From NCBI GenBank assembly GCA_049322255.1, contig JBMORE010000127.1:62001-99122 (forward strand): 37,122 bases of DNA, given 5' to 3'. Position 1 is the stretch's first letter. Every line of letters begins with the position of its first letter. The notes under the pieces are model-generated. The model ran no database searches. It was given only the letters and a program-made list of their open reading frames with translations, and had not been told where the DNA came from. The stretch is from Myxococcota bacterium. GTDB taxonomy: Bacteria; Myxococcota; Myxococcia; Myxococcales; Myxococcaceae. Made by a program: the position numbers and the translations under genes. Below, piece after piece: positions 27,432 to 36,103 of the stretch.

Positions 27432-29126
27432 TCACCTCTGCCCGCCAGCGGCCGCGTTCGCCAAGGTCCAAATGTGCAGGCGCATGCCGGTCTTCAGCCG
27501 AGCATGCCGGGAGAGGCCGTTCCACCTTCGCAGCTCGTCGACCGAGCACCCGAAGCGCCTGGAGATGGCCCACAACGAATCGCCGCTCTGCACCCCGTAG
27601 GTGACGCGCGTGCGACCGTCGATGACATCGGTTCTCACCGGTCCGTGCGCTACCTTGCCCGACGTCCCCGCGGGGAGCTCCTCCTCCGGACGAACGGCGG
27701 CGAAGCCGCTCCGGCGGGCGCGGCTGACTTGTCGCTCGAACGTAGGGTCTGCGGCGCCCTTCTTACTTGGCACCGGCACCACCAGCTCGGTGTTCACCCG
27801 TAAAGAGCGCGCGGTGCGCAGGCCGTTCAGCCGCATGATCGCCTCGCCCGCGCTGCCGTAACGCTTGGCGATGCCCGAGAGGGTGTCGCCTTTCCTCACC
27901 CGGTGCACGCGAAACGCAAGCCGCTCCGATGGCGCGAGCGTGGCAAAACTCTCGGAAAAGGCCGGGCCCTTCCCTGCGGGCACGCGCAAAGTGTAGGGCG
28001 CCTTCGCCGTCGCCGGCGGGGTGCACCAGCGCTTGAGCTCGGGGTTGAGCTCGCGAATCTCCTCCGCGGTGGTGCCGGCGGCGCGCGCGATGATGTCGAG
28101 GTCAGCAGCCGACTCCAGCTTCACCTCGTCGAAGGCGAAGGGCGCTTGGTAGTCGAACTCGTGGTGAGAGAAGCCGAAGGCCTCGGGGTTCTTGCCGATG
28201 AGCGCGGCGGCGATGAGCTTGGGCACGTAGTGCTGGGTTTCCTTGGGTAGCCCCTTGCCCTCGGAGATTTCCCAAAAATCGGTGGTGCCCTTCTTCGTCA
28301 CCAGTCGCCGTACGCGGTTACCGCCGGTGTTGTACCCGGCCCAGGCCAAATACCAATGGCCGAGGTCCCGGTAGAGGTGCGAAAGGAAACGCGCCGCCGC
28401 GTGGGTGGACTTGATCGGGTCGCGCCGCTCGTCGACCCAGAAGTTTTGCTGAAGGTCGTACTCCTTACCGGTGGTGGAGATGAACTGCCACGGCCCGGCG
28501 GCGTGCGCCCAAGAGTAAGCGTGGGTGGAAAAACCGCTCTCGATCATCGCCAGGTACACCGTGTCGCGCGGCAGGCCTCGCTCCTCGAGAATGGGGGTCA
28601 TCACCGGGATGTAGCGGGTGGATCGCGACATCCAATTTCGAAACCACTTGCGCCCGCGGCCTTGGAAGAAGTGGACGTACTGTGCCACCAGCGGTTGCAT
28701 CTCGACGGGGATGTCGTACCGCTCGCGCACGGTGGAGACATCGAAGCTGGCCACGTCGGTCACCACGGGCAGGGGCGGCCACTCGGCGTCGTCGCGCAGG
28801 GAGTCTTCGTCGAAGGCGCACTGCAGCCGGTGGCGCAAGGGGTTGCCGAAGCTCAGCCGGCGCATCGCCTGGAAGAGCTCGGCGTTCGGCTGGGCCTTGG
28901 GGTCGAGCTCGGCGTCCTCCAGGGCGCGAAGCTCCTCCAGCTCGGCCGATTGCGCTTCGACGTCGGGCGCGGGCTCGGGAGCTTCTGGGCCTCCGCTGGC
29001 GAGGCGAAGCAGCCGCGCCTGTTCGTCGGCGGTGAGCAGCCTCATCCCTTGTGGTGGAGGAGGCATCGGCAGGTCCATGGTCCGCGCAGTGGCGGTAAGG
29101 ACCCAGATGGCGAGGGCGAGCTGCAT
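27432..29126 (-). CDS. mltD: MltD-like lytic murein transglycosylase with two LysM domains
   Basis: LAMIESGF, AAGPWQFI, DERRDP, AGYNTG and ETQHYVPK motifs; LysM repeats HRVRKGDTLSGIA and YGVQSGDSLWAIS. Confidence 0.93.
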   Translation of the reverse strand: MQLALAIWVLTATARTMDLPMPPPPQGMRLLTADEQARLLRLASGGPEAPEPAPDVEAQSAELEELRALEDAELDPKAQPNAELFQAMRRLSFGNPLRHRLQCAFDEDSLRDDAEWPPLPVVTDVASFDVSTVRERYDIPVEMQPLVAQYVHFFQGRGRKWFRNWMSRSTRYIPVMTPILEERGLPRDTVYLAMIESGFSTHAYSWAHAAGPWQFISTTGKEYDLQQNFWVDERRDPIKSTHAAARFLSHLYRDLGHWYLAWAGYNTGGNRVRRLVTKKGTTDFWEISEGKGLPKETQHYVPKLIAAALIGKNPEAFGFSHHEFDYQAPFAFDEVKLESAADLDIIARAAGTTAEEIRELNPELKRWCTPPATAKAPYTLRVPAGKGPAFSESFATLAPSERLAFRVHRVRKGDTLSGIAKRYGSAGEAIMRLNGLRTARSLRVNTELVVPVPSKKGAADPTFERQVSRARRSGFAAVRPEEELPAGTSGKVAHGPVRTDVIDGRTRVTYGVQSGDSLWAISRRFGCSVDELRRWNGLSRHARLKTGMRLHIWTLANAAAGGQR

Positions 29127-29142
29127 TGGGGAACGATGAAAA

Positions 29143-29173
29143 AGCGTAGGCGTCGCTTTGACAAGCCGTCAAA
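29143..29173 (-). promoter_or_regulatory. Candidate sigma70-type promoter for mltD, with an inverted repeat over the -35 element
   Basis: Minus strand TTGACG (29172-29167)-N18-TACGCT (29148-29143); perfect inverted repeat TTTGAC-N5-GTCAAA at 29157-29173. Confidence 0.5.
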
Positions 29174-29203
29174 CAAGCAGCTCGGAGAAGGCTCCGTCGA
29201 GCG

Positions 29204-30724
29204 CTAGTTCTTGCCAGCCAGCGGTTTTCCGTGGCCTGGGCCGAGAATCTTTTCCCGATAGGGGACGAGCTCGAAGTGCGGCGAGTTCTCGGGGTCGTGG
29301 CAGCCCACGCAATTCTCGAGGCGGTTGCCCAGCGGAGCGTCGATCTCGTCGGGGTCTTCGGCGTGGAGCGAGCCCGGCCCGTGACAGCTTTCGCAGCCGA
29401 CGTCTTTACGGCCGTCGACCTTGTCGATGCGGCAGACGCCCCCCGGCTGGTCTGCGCCGGTGACGTGGCACTTGACGCAGTCCAAATGGAAGTGCTTCCC
29501 CACCTCCTCGAGGGTTCGGTAGGCGTGCGCGTGCTTCGACGCATTCCACGCGGCGAAGGCCTCTTCGTGGCAGCTTTGGCAGCCTTCGTTGCCGATGAAC
29601 GCCGCCTGCTTGGGCCCGGGCGGAGGGCAGTCTGCCCCGTGCTCCTTGGCCCAGGCGAGGTTGATGAGGCCCACGTCCTGGTCGTAAGCGGTGACGAGCG
29701 CTTTCGCCTCAGGGAGGCTGGGCAGGCTCGACTCCAACGGGAGGAAGCGCACCGCCATCGCGTTCTTTTCTTTCGGCGTGGGAAGAGAGGAAAAGGCGAG
29801 CGTGTGGCGGCGATGGATGGTCTCCTCCAGCTTGGCCTTGCGTAGCTGCATCAGCTGCGGCGCGAGGGAGGGCTCATTGACCTGCTTGCGCAACAGCTCG
29901 ATGCGCTGGTCGAACGCCGACAGCTCGCGCTCCTTGTCCGCCTCGCCGCGTATCAGCTCGAAGGGCGTGCCCACCCTGCCGCCGAAGGTGAGGTCCACCC
30001 GGGCGAGGCTGCGGCCCTTGCTCTGGACTTGCACCACCGGGACTTTGCCGCGCACCAGGCGGTTCTCTTCTCCGGCCAGCTCGTCTTGGGTGACGGTGGC
30101 GAAGATCAGGTCGGCGGCGAGGCCTTCACGCTCGGTCACCGCTTGTGCCTGAGCGATCGGTTGGTGAAGCACCCCGAGCACGAAGGCCGCCCCTTGCGTG
30201 CGAGCCTTGGCAGAAAGCTCGAAGAGCTGGTCAGCGGTGCTCGCGGCCACCACCGCCACCGCTCGTCCGTTGGCGTCGAGCATCTGCACGCTGCCCAGCG
30301 GCTGGTCGGGAAGCCCGAGTGAGGCGCGGAAGGTGGCTCCGCGCGCGTCGTCGAGAGTACCCACCACCTTGGTGCTCACTCCCATCAGCTTCATCGCCGC
30401 CGCCAGCGCCTGGGCCTTGCGCTCCTCTTGGGGAATGGTTTGGGCGTTCAGGGCCAGCTTGCCGAAGAGCGAATTGCCTCCTTCGATGAAGAGCACCGGA
30501 GCGGCCTCCTTGCGCGCCTCGGAAACCTGGTAGGCAGCGCGGGCGATGCCTCCACGCATGTTCTCGCTGCAGCCGCAGGGCCCCAGGTAGCCCCGCATGT
30601 CGGCGGTGAGGAGCAACACCGCCGCGGGTGTGCCACCTGCGTCACCACGCACGTCCTTGCGCGCGCAGCCGTCGATGAAGGGGAAGACGAAGAAGAGAAC
30701 GAGGGCGAAAGCCCGGCAGCTCAC
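29204..30724 (-). CDS. Lipoprotein with a UshA/5'-nucleotidase-like N-terminal domain and a tetraheme c-type cytochrome (c554-like) C-terminal domain
   Basis: Signal ends in IDG-C; TADMRGYLGPCGC..GGIARA and EGGN motifs; four CxxCH (CQSCH, CVKCH, CESCH, CVGCH); WNASKHAHAY; ATGA overlap with the receiver gene. Confidence 0.88.
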   Translation of the reverse strand: MSCRAFALVLFFVFPFIDGCARKDVRGDAGGTPAAVLLLTADMRGYLGPCGCSENMRGGIARAAYQVSEARKEAAPVLFIEGGNSLFGKLALNAQTIPQEERKAQALAAAMKLMGVSTKVVGTLDDARGATFRASLGLPDQPLGSVQMLDANGRAVAVVAASTADQLFELSAKARTQGAAFVLGVLHQPIAQAQAVTEREGLAADLIFATVTQDELAGEENRLVRGKVPVVQVQSKGRSLARVDLTFGGRVGTPFELIRGEADKERELSAFDQRIELLRKQVNEPSLAPQLMQLRKAKLEETIHRRHTLAFSSLPTPKEKNAMAVRFLPLESSLPSLPEAKALVTAYDQDVGLINLAWAKEHGADCPPPGPKQAAFIGNEGCQSCHEEAFAAWNASKHAHAYRTLEEVGKHFHLDCVKCHVTGADQPGGVCRIDKVDGRKDVGCESCHGPGSLHAEDPDEIDAPLGNRLENCVGCHDPENSPHFELVPYREKILGPGHGKPLAGKN

Positions 30725-31101
30725 CAGAGAATACTCTCCACCAGCTCGTCGACCTTCTCCCCCAGCGCATCCAGCCCGTTGGCTTTGGAGAGGAAGCCGT
30801 CGGCGCCCACCTGCTCGGCGAGCTTGCCCAGCTCGGCGTCGTTCAGGCTGGAGAAGAGCACGATGGGGATGTCTTGGGTGCCGTATTCGTTCTTGAGCGT
30901 CCGGCAGATGTCGGCGCCGGTGGCCTCGGGCATGTGGATGTCGGTGAGAATGAGGTCGGGACGCCAGACCTGCAGCATCTTTTCGAACTCGACCAAGCTG
31001 GAGGTCGCCCGCACCTCGTAGCCGCGCGCCTCGAGCACGGACTTCTCCATGGCGAGGGTGATCTCGCTGTCGTCGATGAGGAGGATCTTCCGTTTCTCCA
31101 C
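30721..31101 (-). CDS. Single-domain response regulator (CheY-like receiver)
   Basis: GTG 31101: KILLIDDS, PDLILTDIHMP (phosphoacceptor Asp), IPIVLFSS and GADGFLSK motifs. Confidence 0.92.
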   Translation of the reverse strand: MEKRKILLIDDSEITLAMEKSVLEARGYEVRATSSLVEFEKMLQVWRPDLILTDIHMPEATGADICRTLKNEYGTQDIPIVLFSSLNDAELGKLAEQVGADGFLSKANGLDALGEKVDELVESILW

Positions 31102-31142
31102 GGAGGGTATGCCTAGCAGAAGCGCGCGCTCTTTGGCGAGCG

Positions 31143-31172
31143 TTGACGTGGCGCGCACCCGGCGGCTATGAC
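31143..31172 (+). promoter_or_regulatory. Candidate sigma70-type promoter for the fis-like/hicAB unit
   Basis: TTGACG (31143-31148)-N18-TATGAC (31167-31172), 11 nt before ATG 31184; no SD in between. Confidence 0.55.
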
Positions 31173-31183
31173 GCGCGCCCCTC

Positions 31184-31429
31184 ATGAATCACCTCGAGCT
31201 TCCGCTGGAGAACCTCCTCTATCTGCGCCTGGGTCGATTTTTCGACCAGCTCCACGGGCGCAAGGTGCCTGACCTCTACCGGGTGCTGTTGGACCAGGTC
31301 GATCGCGCGGTGCTCAGGCAGGCGATCGAGCGCTCCGGCGGGCAGATGAGCGCCGCTGCCGAGTTTCTGGGCCTCGACCGCAACACGGTGTCCCGCAAAG
31401 CCAAACGGCTGAAGCTTTCCTCCAGGTGA
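31184..31429 (+). CDS. Fis-like small HTH DNA-binding protein
   Basis: DLYRVLLDQVDRAVLRQAIERSGGQMSAAAEFLGLDRNTVSRK matches the Fis/HTH_8 pattern. Confidence 0.88.
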   Translation: MNHLELPLENLLYLRLGRFFDQLHGRKVPDLYRVLLDQVDRAVLRQAIERSGGQMSAAAEFLGLDRNTVSRKAKRLKLSSR

Positions 31430-31626
31430 AGATTCGAGACGTCATCAGGCTGATCGAGGCCGATGGTTGGTATCTCGTCGCCACCCGTGGGAGCCATCGT
31501 CAATACAAGCATCCGTCGAAGCCAGGGCGTGTCACCATCGCCGGGCACCGTGGCCACGACTTGGCGCGCGGAACGCTTGCGAGTGTTCTTCGCCAGGCTC
31601 AGATAAGCTTAAAAGAAAAGGAATAG
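31426..31626 (+). CDS. hicA: HicA family mRNA interferase toxin
   Basis: MKIRDVIRLIEADGW..RGSHRQYKHP.KPGRVTI.GH..DL..GTL.S pattern; GTGA overlap with the fis-like stop. Confidence 0.93.
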   Translation: MKIRDVIRLIEADGWYLVATRGSHRQYKHPSKPGRVTIAGHRGHDLARGTLASVLRQAQISLKEKE

Positions 31627-31630
31627 GTTC

Positions 31631-31843
31631 ATGCATCGGTTTTTAGTTGTCATCGAGCAGGCGGGAAAAAACTACTCCGCGTATTCGCCAGACCTTCCGG
31701 GCTGCGTCGCCACTGGAAAGACCCGGGAAGACGCCGAGCGAAAGATGCATGAGGCAGTCGCACTTCATGTGCGGGGCCTGATCGAAGACGGGCTGCCGAT
31801 ACCGACGTCCAAGTCTTTCGCGGAATACATTGCGGTTGATTGA
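31631..31843 (+). CDS. hicB: HicB family antitoxin (short form, no C-terminal DNA-binding domain)
   Basis: YSAYSPDLPGCVATGKTREDA..M.EA..LH..GL.EDG.PIP pattern; AAGGA SD. Confidence 0.93.
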   Translation: MHRFLVVIEQAGKNYSAYSPDLPGCVATGKTREDAERKMHEAVALHVRGLIEDGLPIPTSKSFAEYIAVD

Positions 31844-31888
31844 ATCGGCTTGCTCTCCCTGCGAGCGTTTGCCCTTCTACCGGTCATC

Positions 31889-32194
31889 ATGATGAAGAGC
31901 TCCCAGAGACAGGCCGTGGCCAAGCACCGTCGACGGTTGCGCGAACGAGGCATCAGCCGTTACGAGGTGCGCGGCTTGGACGAAGACAAAGAGCTCATCC
32001 GCGGGCTCGCCCAGCGTCTGTCCCAGCTCGGTGAGGCCGATGCGGTCCAGCTGCGGCTGGATCTTGCTCAGAGGGTCGTTGCCGAGCCGCAACGCCGGTG
32101 CGGGATTCTGGCCGCGTTGCGCCGTTCGACGCTGATGGGGGCGAGGTTGCACCTCATGCGGGAGACGGGTCACGGGCGGCAAGTCGACCTGTGA
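31889..32194 (+). CDS. Antitoxin partner of a PIN/VapC toxin (VapB-type)
   Basis: SQRQAVAKHRRRLRERGISRYEV..DKELIR.LA..GILAALRRS..GRQVDL; its stop overlaps the GTG of the PIN pseudogene (GTGA). Confidence 0.75.
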   Translation: MMKSSQRQAVAKHRRRLRERGISRYEVRGLDEDKELIRGLAQRLSQLGEADAVQLRLDLAQRVVAEPQRRCGILAALRRSTLMGARLHLMRETGHGRQVDL

Positions 32195-32472
32195 CCCGGT
32201 TTCTGCTTCGACACGAGCGTTGTCAGTGAGGCAACCAGGCCAAAGCCTTCGGCAGCGCTGACCGACGAATCCTCCCGTTCGACGAGCGAGCCGCCCTTGA
32301 GTGGGCCAGGCTGATGGCAGAAGGAACTGCCGCCGGTCGACCGCGCAGCGCCCTCGACATGGTGATCGCCGCGATTGCGGCCGTCAACCGGTGCACCGTT
32401 GTCGCCACCAACGAACGTCACTTTCGAGGCTCAGTCCGATTCATCAATCCGGCGCGGGTCGGCCCAGGGTGA
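32191..32472 (+). pseudogene. vapC: VapC/PIN-domain toxin pseudogene (frameshift plus internal deletion)
   Basis: MTRFLL [extra base near 32207-32209] DTSVVSEATRPKPSAALT [frame break near 32264] RILPFDERAALEWARLMAEG...RSALDMVIAAIA...VVATNERHF...FINP..*. The central PIN segment carrying the second acidic residue is absent. Confidence 0.88.
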
Positions 32473-32567
32473 TGGGACCGCGACAGCCCGAGGTGCTCGG
32501 CTCCGGCGAGGTGACTATGAGCAAGCCGAGGAAAAAGCCGGCCAGCGACACAGGTTCCTTTGGTGAG

Positions 32568-33089
32568 CTACTTCGAGAGCGAGCCGAGAAGCTTGTCGAA
32601 GTCCGCCTTCGCCGCTGCCACGGTCTTCGCCGGCCCGGTGAGCTTGAAGAAGACGTTGCCTTCGGGGCCTTCGACGATGGCTCCCAAGAGGCGGTAACCC
32701 GCCTTGTTCGTCTTGGGCGCCATCGGGCCCATCGAGGCGGTGTAGGTGCCGGAGAGGTCCACCGTGGTGACGGCCAGGCCGTTCACCTTCTTCTTCTCCG
32801 TCTTCGCCGCCTTGTCCGAGGGCTTGCCGTCGGGCTGCACGAACTGGCCGTACCAGCGCGTGAGGTTGGCGTCGACCGCGCCCCCCTCGCCCTTGCCGAA
32901 ATAGAAGACAGCCAGCTCGGCCTCTTCGGGGTCGCCCTTGGCGGCGGCGATTTTATAAGTGGCCACGCGCATCGGGCGGGGACCGTCGGTCTTCCACCCG
33001 GCCGGGGCCTTCCAGCTCAACCCGCCGGCCGATTCGGCAAGCGCGGCAGGGGCCAACAACATCAAAGAGAGAGTGAGCGTTCGAGTCAT
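32568..33089 (-). CDS. Secreted conserved hypothetical protein
   Basis: ATG 33089; signal peptide ALA|ESA; PAGW, MRVATY, GGAVDANLTRWYGQF, LLGAIV and FFKLTGP motifs. Confidence 0.85.
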   Translation of the reverse strand: MTRTLTLSLMLLAPAALAESAGGLSWKAPAGWKTDGPRPMRVATYKIAAAKGDPEEAELAVFYFGKGEGGAVDANLTRWYGQFVQPDGKPSDKAAKTEKKKVNGLAVTTVDLSGTYTASMGPMAPKTNKAGYRLLGAIVEGPEGNVFFKLTGPAKTVAAAKADFDKLLGSLSK

Positions 33090-33159
33090 GGGCGGGAATC
33101 TCGTCAATCGGGAGCCCGCGCGCAAGCGCTGGCGCTTTTAGATAAGGTCCGCCGCGCTC

Positions 33160-33951
33160 ATGAATGGCGCCGCGGGGCTCGCCCTCTACTCAGGCATCAT
33201 CGTGCTGGGTTCGCTCGCCGGCGCCCTGGTGCCCATCCACACCTCCGAGAAGACCCGCCTGGTGGGCTTTTTGGCCTTCGCCGCCGGGGTGATGCTCGGG
33301 GCGGCGTTCTTCCACATGGTGCCCGAAGCTTTTCACGCTGGCGGCTACTCGGCCTTCACCGTGGTGCCGGTGGGCTTCGTCTTCTTGTTCCTCCTCGAGC
33401 GGTACGTGCTGGTGCACGTGTGTGAGGAGCCTCCGGACTGCAAAGAGCACAGCCACGGCAAGACGCTCGGGCTGGCTTCCTTCGTGGGACTATCGGCGCA
33501 CACCTTGTTCGACGGGGTCGCGCTCGGCTCGGCGGTGACCGAGGGAGTGGGCTTGATGGCCTTCGTGGCCATCGCCGCCCACAAAGTACCCAGCTCGCTC
33601 TCTTTGGCCGTCATCCTCAAGCACGAGGGAAGGCCGAGGGCGAACATCCTCCTCTACGCGGGGCTGTACGGGCTGATGGTGCCGGCGGGCGCCGCCGTTT
33701 ACCACGCGCTCAAGGCGGTGCTGCACGTGGGAGCGTTTGCCGCCTATGCGCTCGCCTTCTCCGCCGGCACCTTCCTCTACATCGCCGTCTCCGACCTGTT
33801 GCCCAACGTCAACCGACACGGGCGCGGGAGCCGGCTGGGTCACATCGCGGCGCTCGCGGTGGGTCTGGCGCTGATGTTCGCCTTGAGCGCCATCGTCGGT
33901 CACCCGCACCCGAGCGCGATGCCACAGGTGCCGCCAGGGGCTGGTTTTTGA
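33160..33951 (+). CDS. ZIP family divalent metal transporter
   Basis: AFAAGVMLGAAFFHMVPEA, His/Cys loop HVCEEPPDCKEHSH, HTLFDG, AHKVP and AGTFLYIAVSDLLP motifs. Confidence 0.92.
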   Translation: MNGAAGLALYSGIIVLGSLAGALVPIHTSEKTRLVGFLAFAAGVMLGAAFFHMVPEAFHAGGYSAFTVVPVGFVFLFLLERYVLVHVCEEPPDCKEHSHGKTLGLASFVGLSAHTLFDGVALGSAVTEGVGLMAFVAIAAHKVPSSLSLAVILKHEGRPRANILLYAGLYGLMVPAGAAVYHALKAVLHVGAFAAYALAFSAGTFLYIAVSDLLPNVNRHGRGSRLGHIAALAVGLALMFALSAIVGHPHPSAMPQVPPGAGF

Positions 33952-33964
33952 TATCGAAGGTGAC

Positions 33965-35101
33965 GTGACGCCGCCCACCCGCATCCCCGAGCGTGTCGAG
34001 GAGGTCTACTCTCCCTGGGAGCGGCACAAGCTGGCGGTGAACGGCTTGTCCCGGCTGGCGATGGTGGTGCTTGCCGCGTCGGGAGCGCTTCTGCTGAGCG
34101 ACGTGGTGCTCTTTCGGCATGGCCGGCCCGAAGGGGCCTGGCCGGGGACGTGGGCATGGAGCGCGCTGGCGGTCGTCGTGGTAGGGGCCACTGCCTTGTA
34201 TGTCGTCGTGGCTCGGCTGCGTTTCGAGCTCCACCGCCCCTTCACCTGGGCGTCCATCTTGGTCGTCGCTCCGGGGCTGGCCGGAGGCGTCGCCGCCGTG
34301 GCCGCGGGAGGGTGGAGCGGGCCGTTGGGGTTCGGGCTGGTGCCGGTGTTTTTCGTCTGGCCACTGGTGATGCCGGGGGGGGCGAACCGGGCGGTCTTCC
34401 CCTTGGCCGCTGGGCTGATGGCGCATGTGGTGGTGATGGGAGCGGGGTCGGAGGGAGTGAGCGCGCAGGTCGTGCCTCTCCTCGTGTTGATGGTGGCGGC
34501 GGTGGGCGCGGCGATCGGTGCTGCCGAGCTGGTGGAGTATTGGCGCAAGCAGGCGGCGGTGGCTTCGCCGACCGACTGGCTCACCGGCGCTCTCACCAAG
34601 GACTCGTTGGTGGCGCAGCTGTCCGCGCTGTGCGCGCACCGGGCCCGCAGCCTGGCGCCGGTGTCGCTGGTGATGTTCGACATCGATCGCTTCAAGAACG
34701 TCAACGACGCCTTCGGGCGTGGCGCGGGTGACGAGGTGCTCGAGATGCTCGCCGCCGCGGTCCGGGCCGAAATCCGCGCCGCCGACTTCGTGGGACGTTA
34801 CGGGGACGACGAGTTTCTCCTCGTGCTCGACGAGTGCGAGGGCGGGCACGCGGTCGGCCTGGTCGACCGTTTGCGCCGCCGGGTGAGCGATACCCAGCTT
34901 TCCGTGGGAGGGCAGCAGGTGCGCGTGACCTTCTCCGCGGGCATCGTCTCGGTGCGCATGGGCGAGCCGCTGGTGCCGGTAGACCTCTTACGTCAAGTGG
35001 AGAAGGCGTTGGCAGACAGCAAAGAAACCGGGCGCAACCGTACGGCGCTCGCACCACCGCCCGCCCCCACCGAATCGCCCGAGACGGCGACCATGCCTTG
35101 A
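33965..35101 (+). CDS. Membrane-bound GGDEF-domain protein with a GDDEF A-site and RxxD I-site
   Basis: Multiple N-terminal TM segments; DWLTGA, FDIDRFKNVNDAFG..AGDEVL, RAAD-FVGRY-GDDEF (34802), TFSAG and KETGRN motifs. Confidence 0.9.
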   Translation: MTPPTRIPERVEEVYSPWERHKLAVNGLSRLAMVVLAASGALLLSDVVLFRHGRPEGAWPGTWAWSALAVVVVGATALYVVVARLRFELHRPFTWASILVVAPGLAGGVAAVAAGGWSGPLGFGLVPVFFVWPLVMPGGANRAVFPLAAGLMAHVVVMGAGSEGVSAQVVPLLVLMVAAVGAAIGAAELVEYWRKQAAVASPTDWLTGALTKDSLVAQLSALCAHRARSLAPVSLVMFDIDRFKNVNDAFGRGAGDEVLEMLAAAVRAEIRAADFVGRYGDDEFLLVLDECEGGHAVGLVDRLRRRVSDTQLSVGGQQVRVTFSAGIVSVRMGEPLVPVDLLRQVEKALADSKETGRNRTALAPPPAPTESPETATMP

Positions 35102-35111
35102 ACACCAGATC

Positions 35112-36101
<990 letters not shown>

Positions 36102-36103
36102 GG

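Noticed and set aside
30569..30577. Selenocysteine recoding in the UshA-like cytochrome
   Set aside because: Both codons of the CGC motif are TGC; there is no in-frame TGA.
31374..32514. Degenerate duplication of the fis-like 3' end (GACCGCAACA..CGGCT..AGGTGA versus GACCGCGACA..CGGCT..AGGTGA near 32476-32514)
   Set aside because: The matches are short, need large unequal gaps, and are plausible by chance at this GC content.
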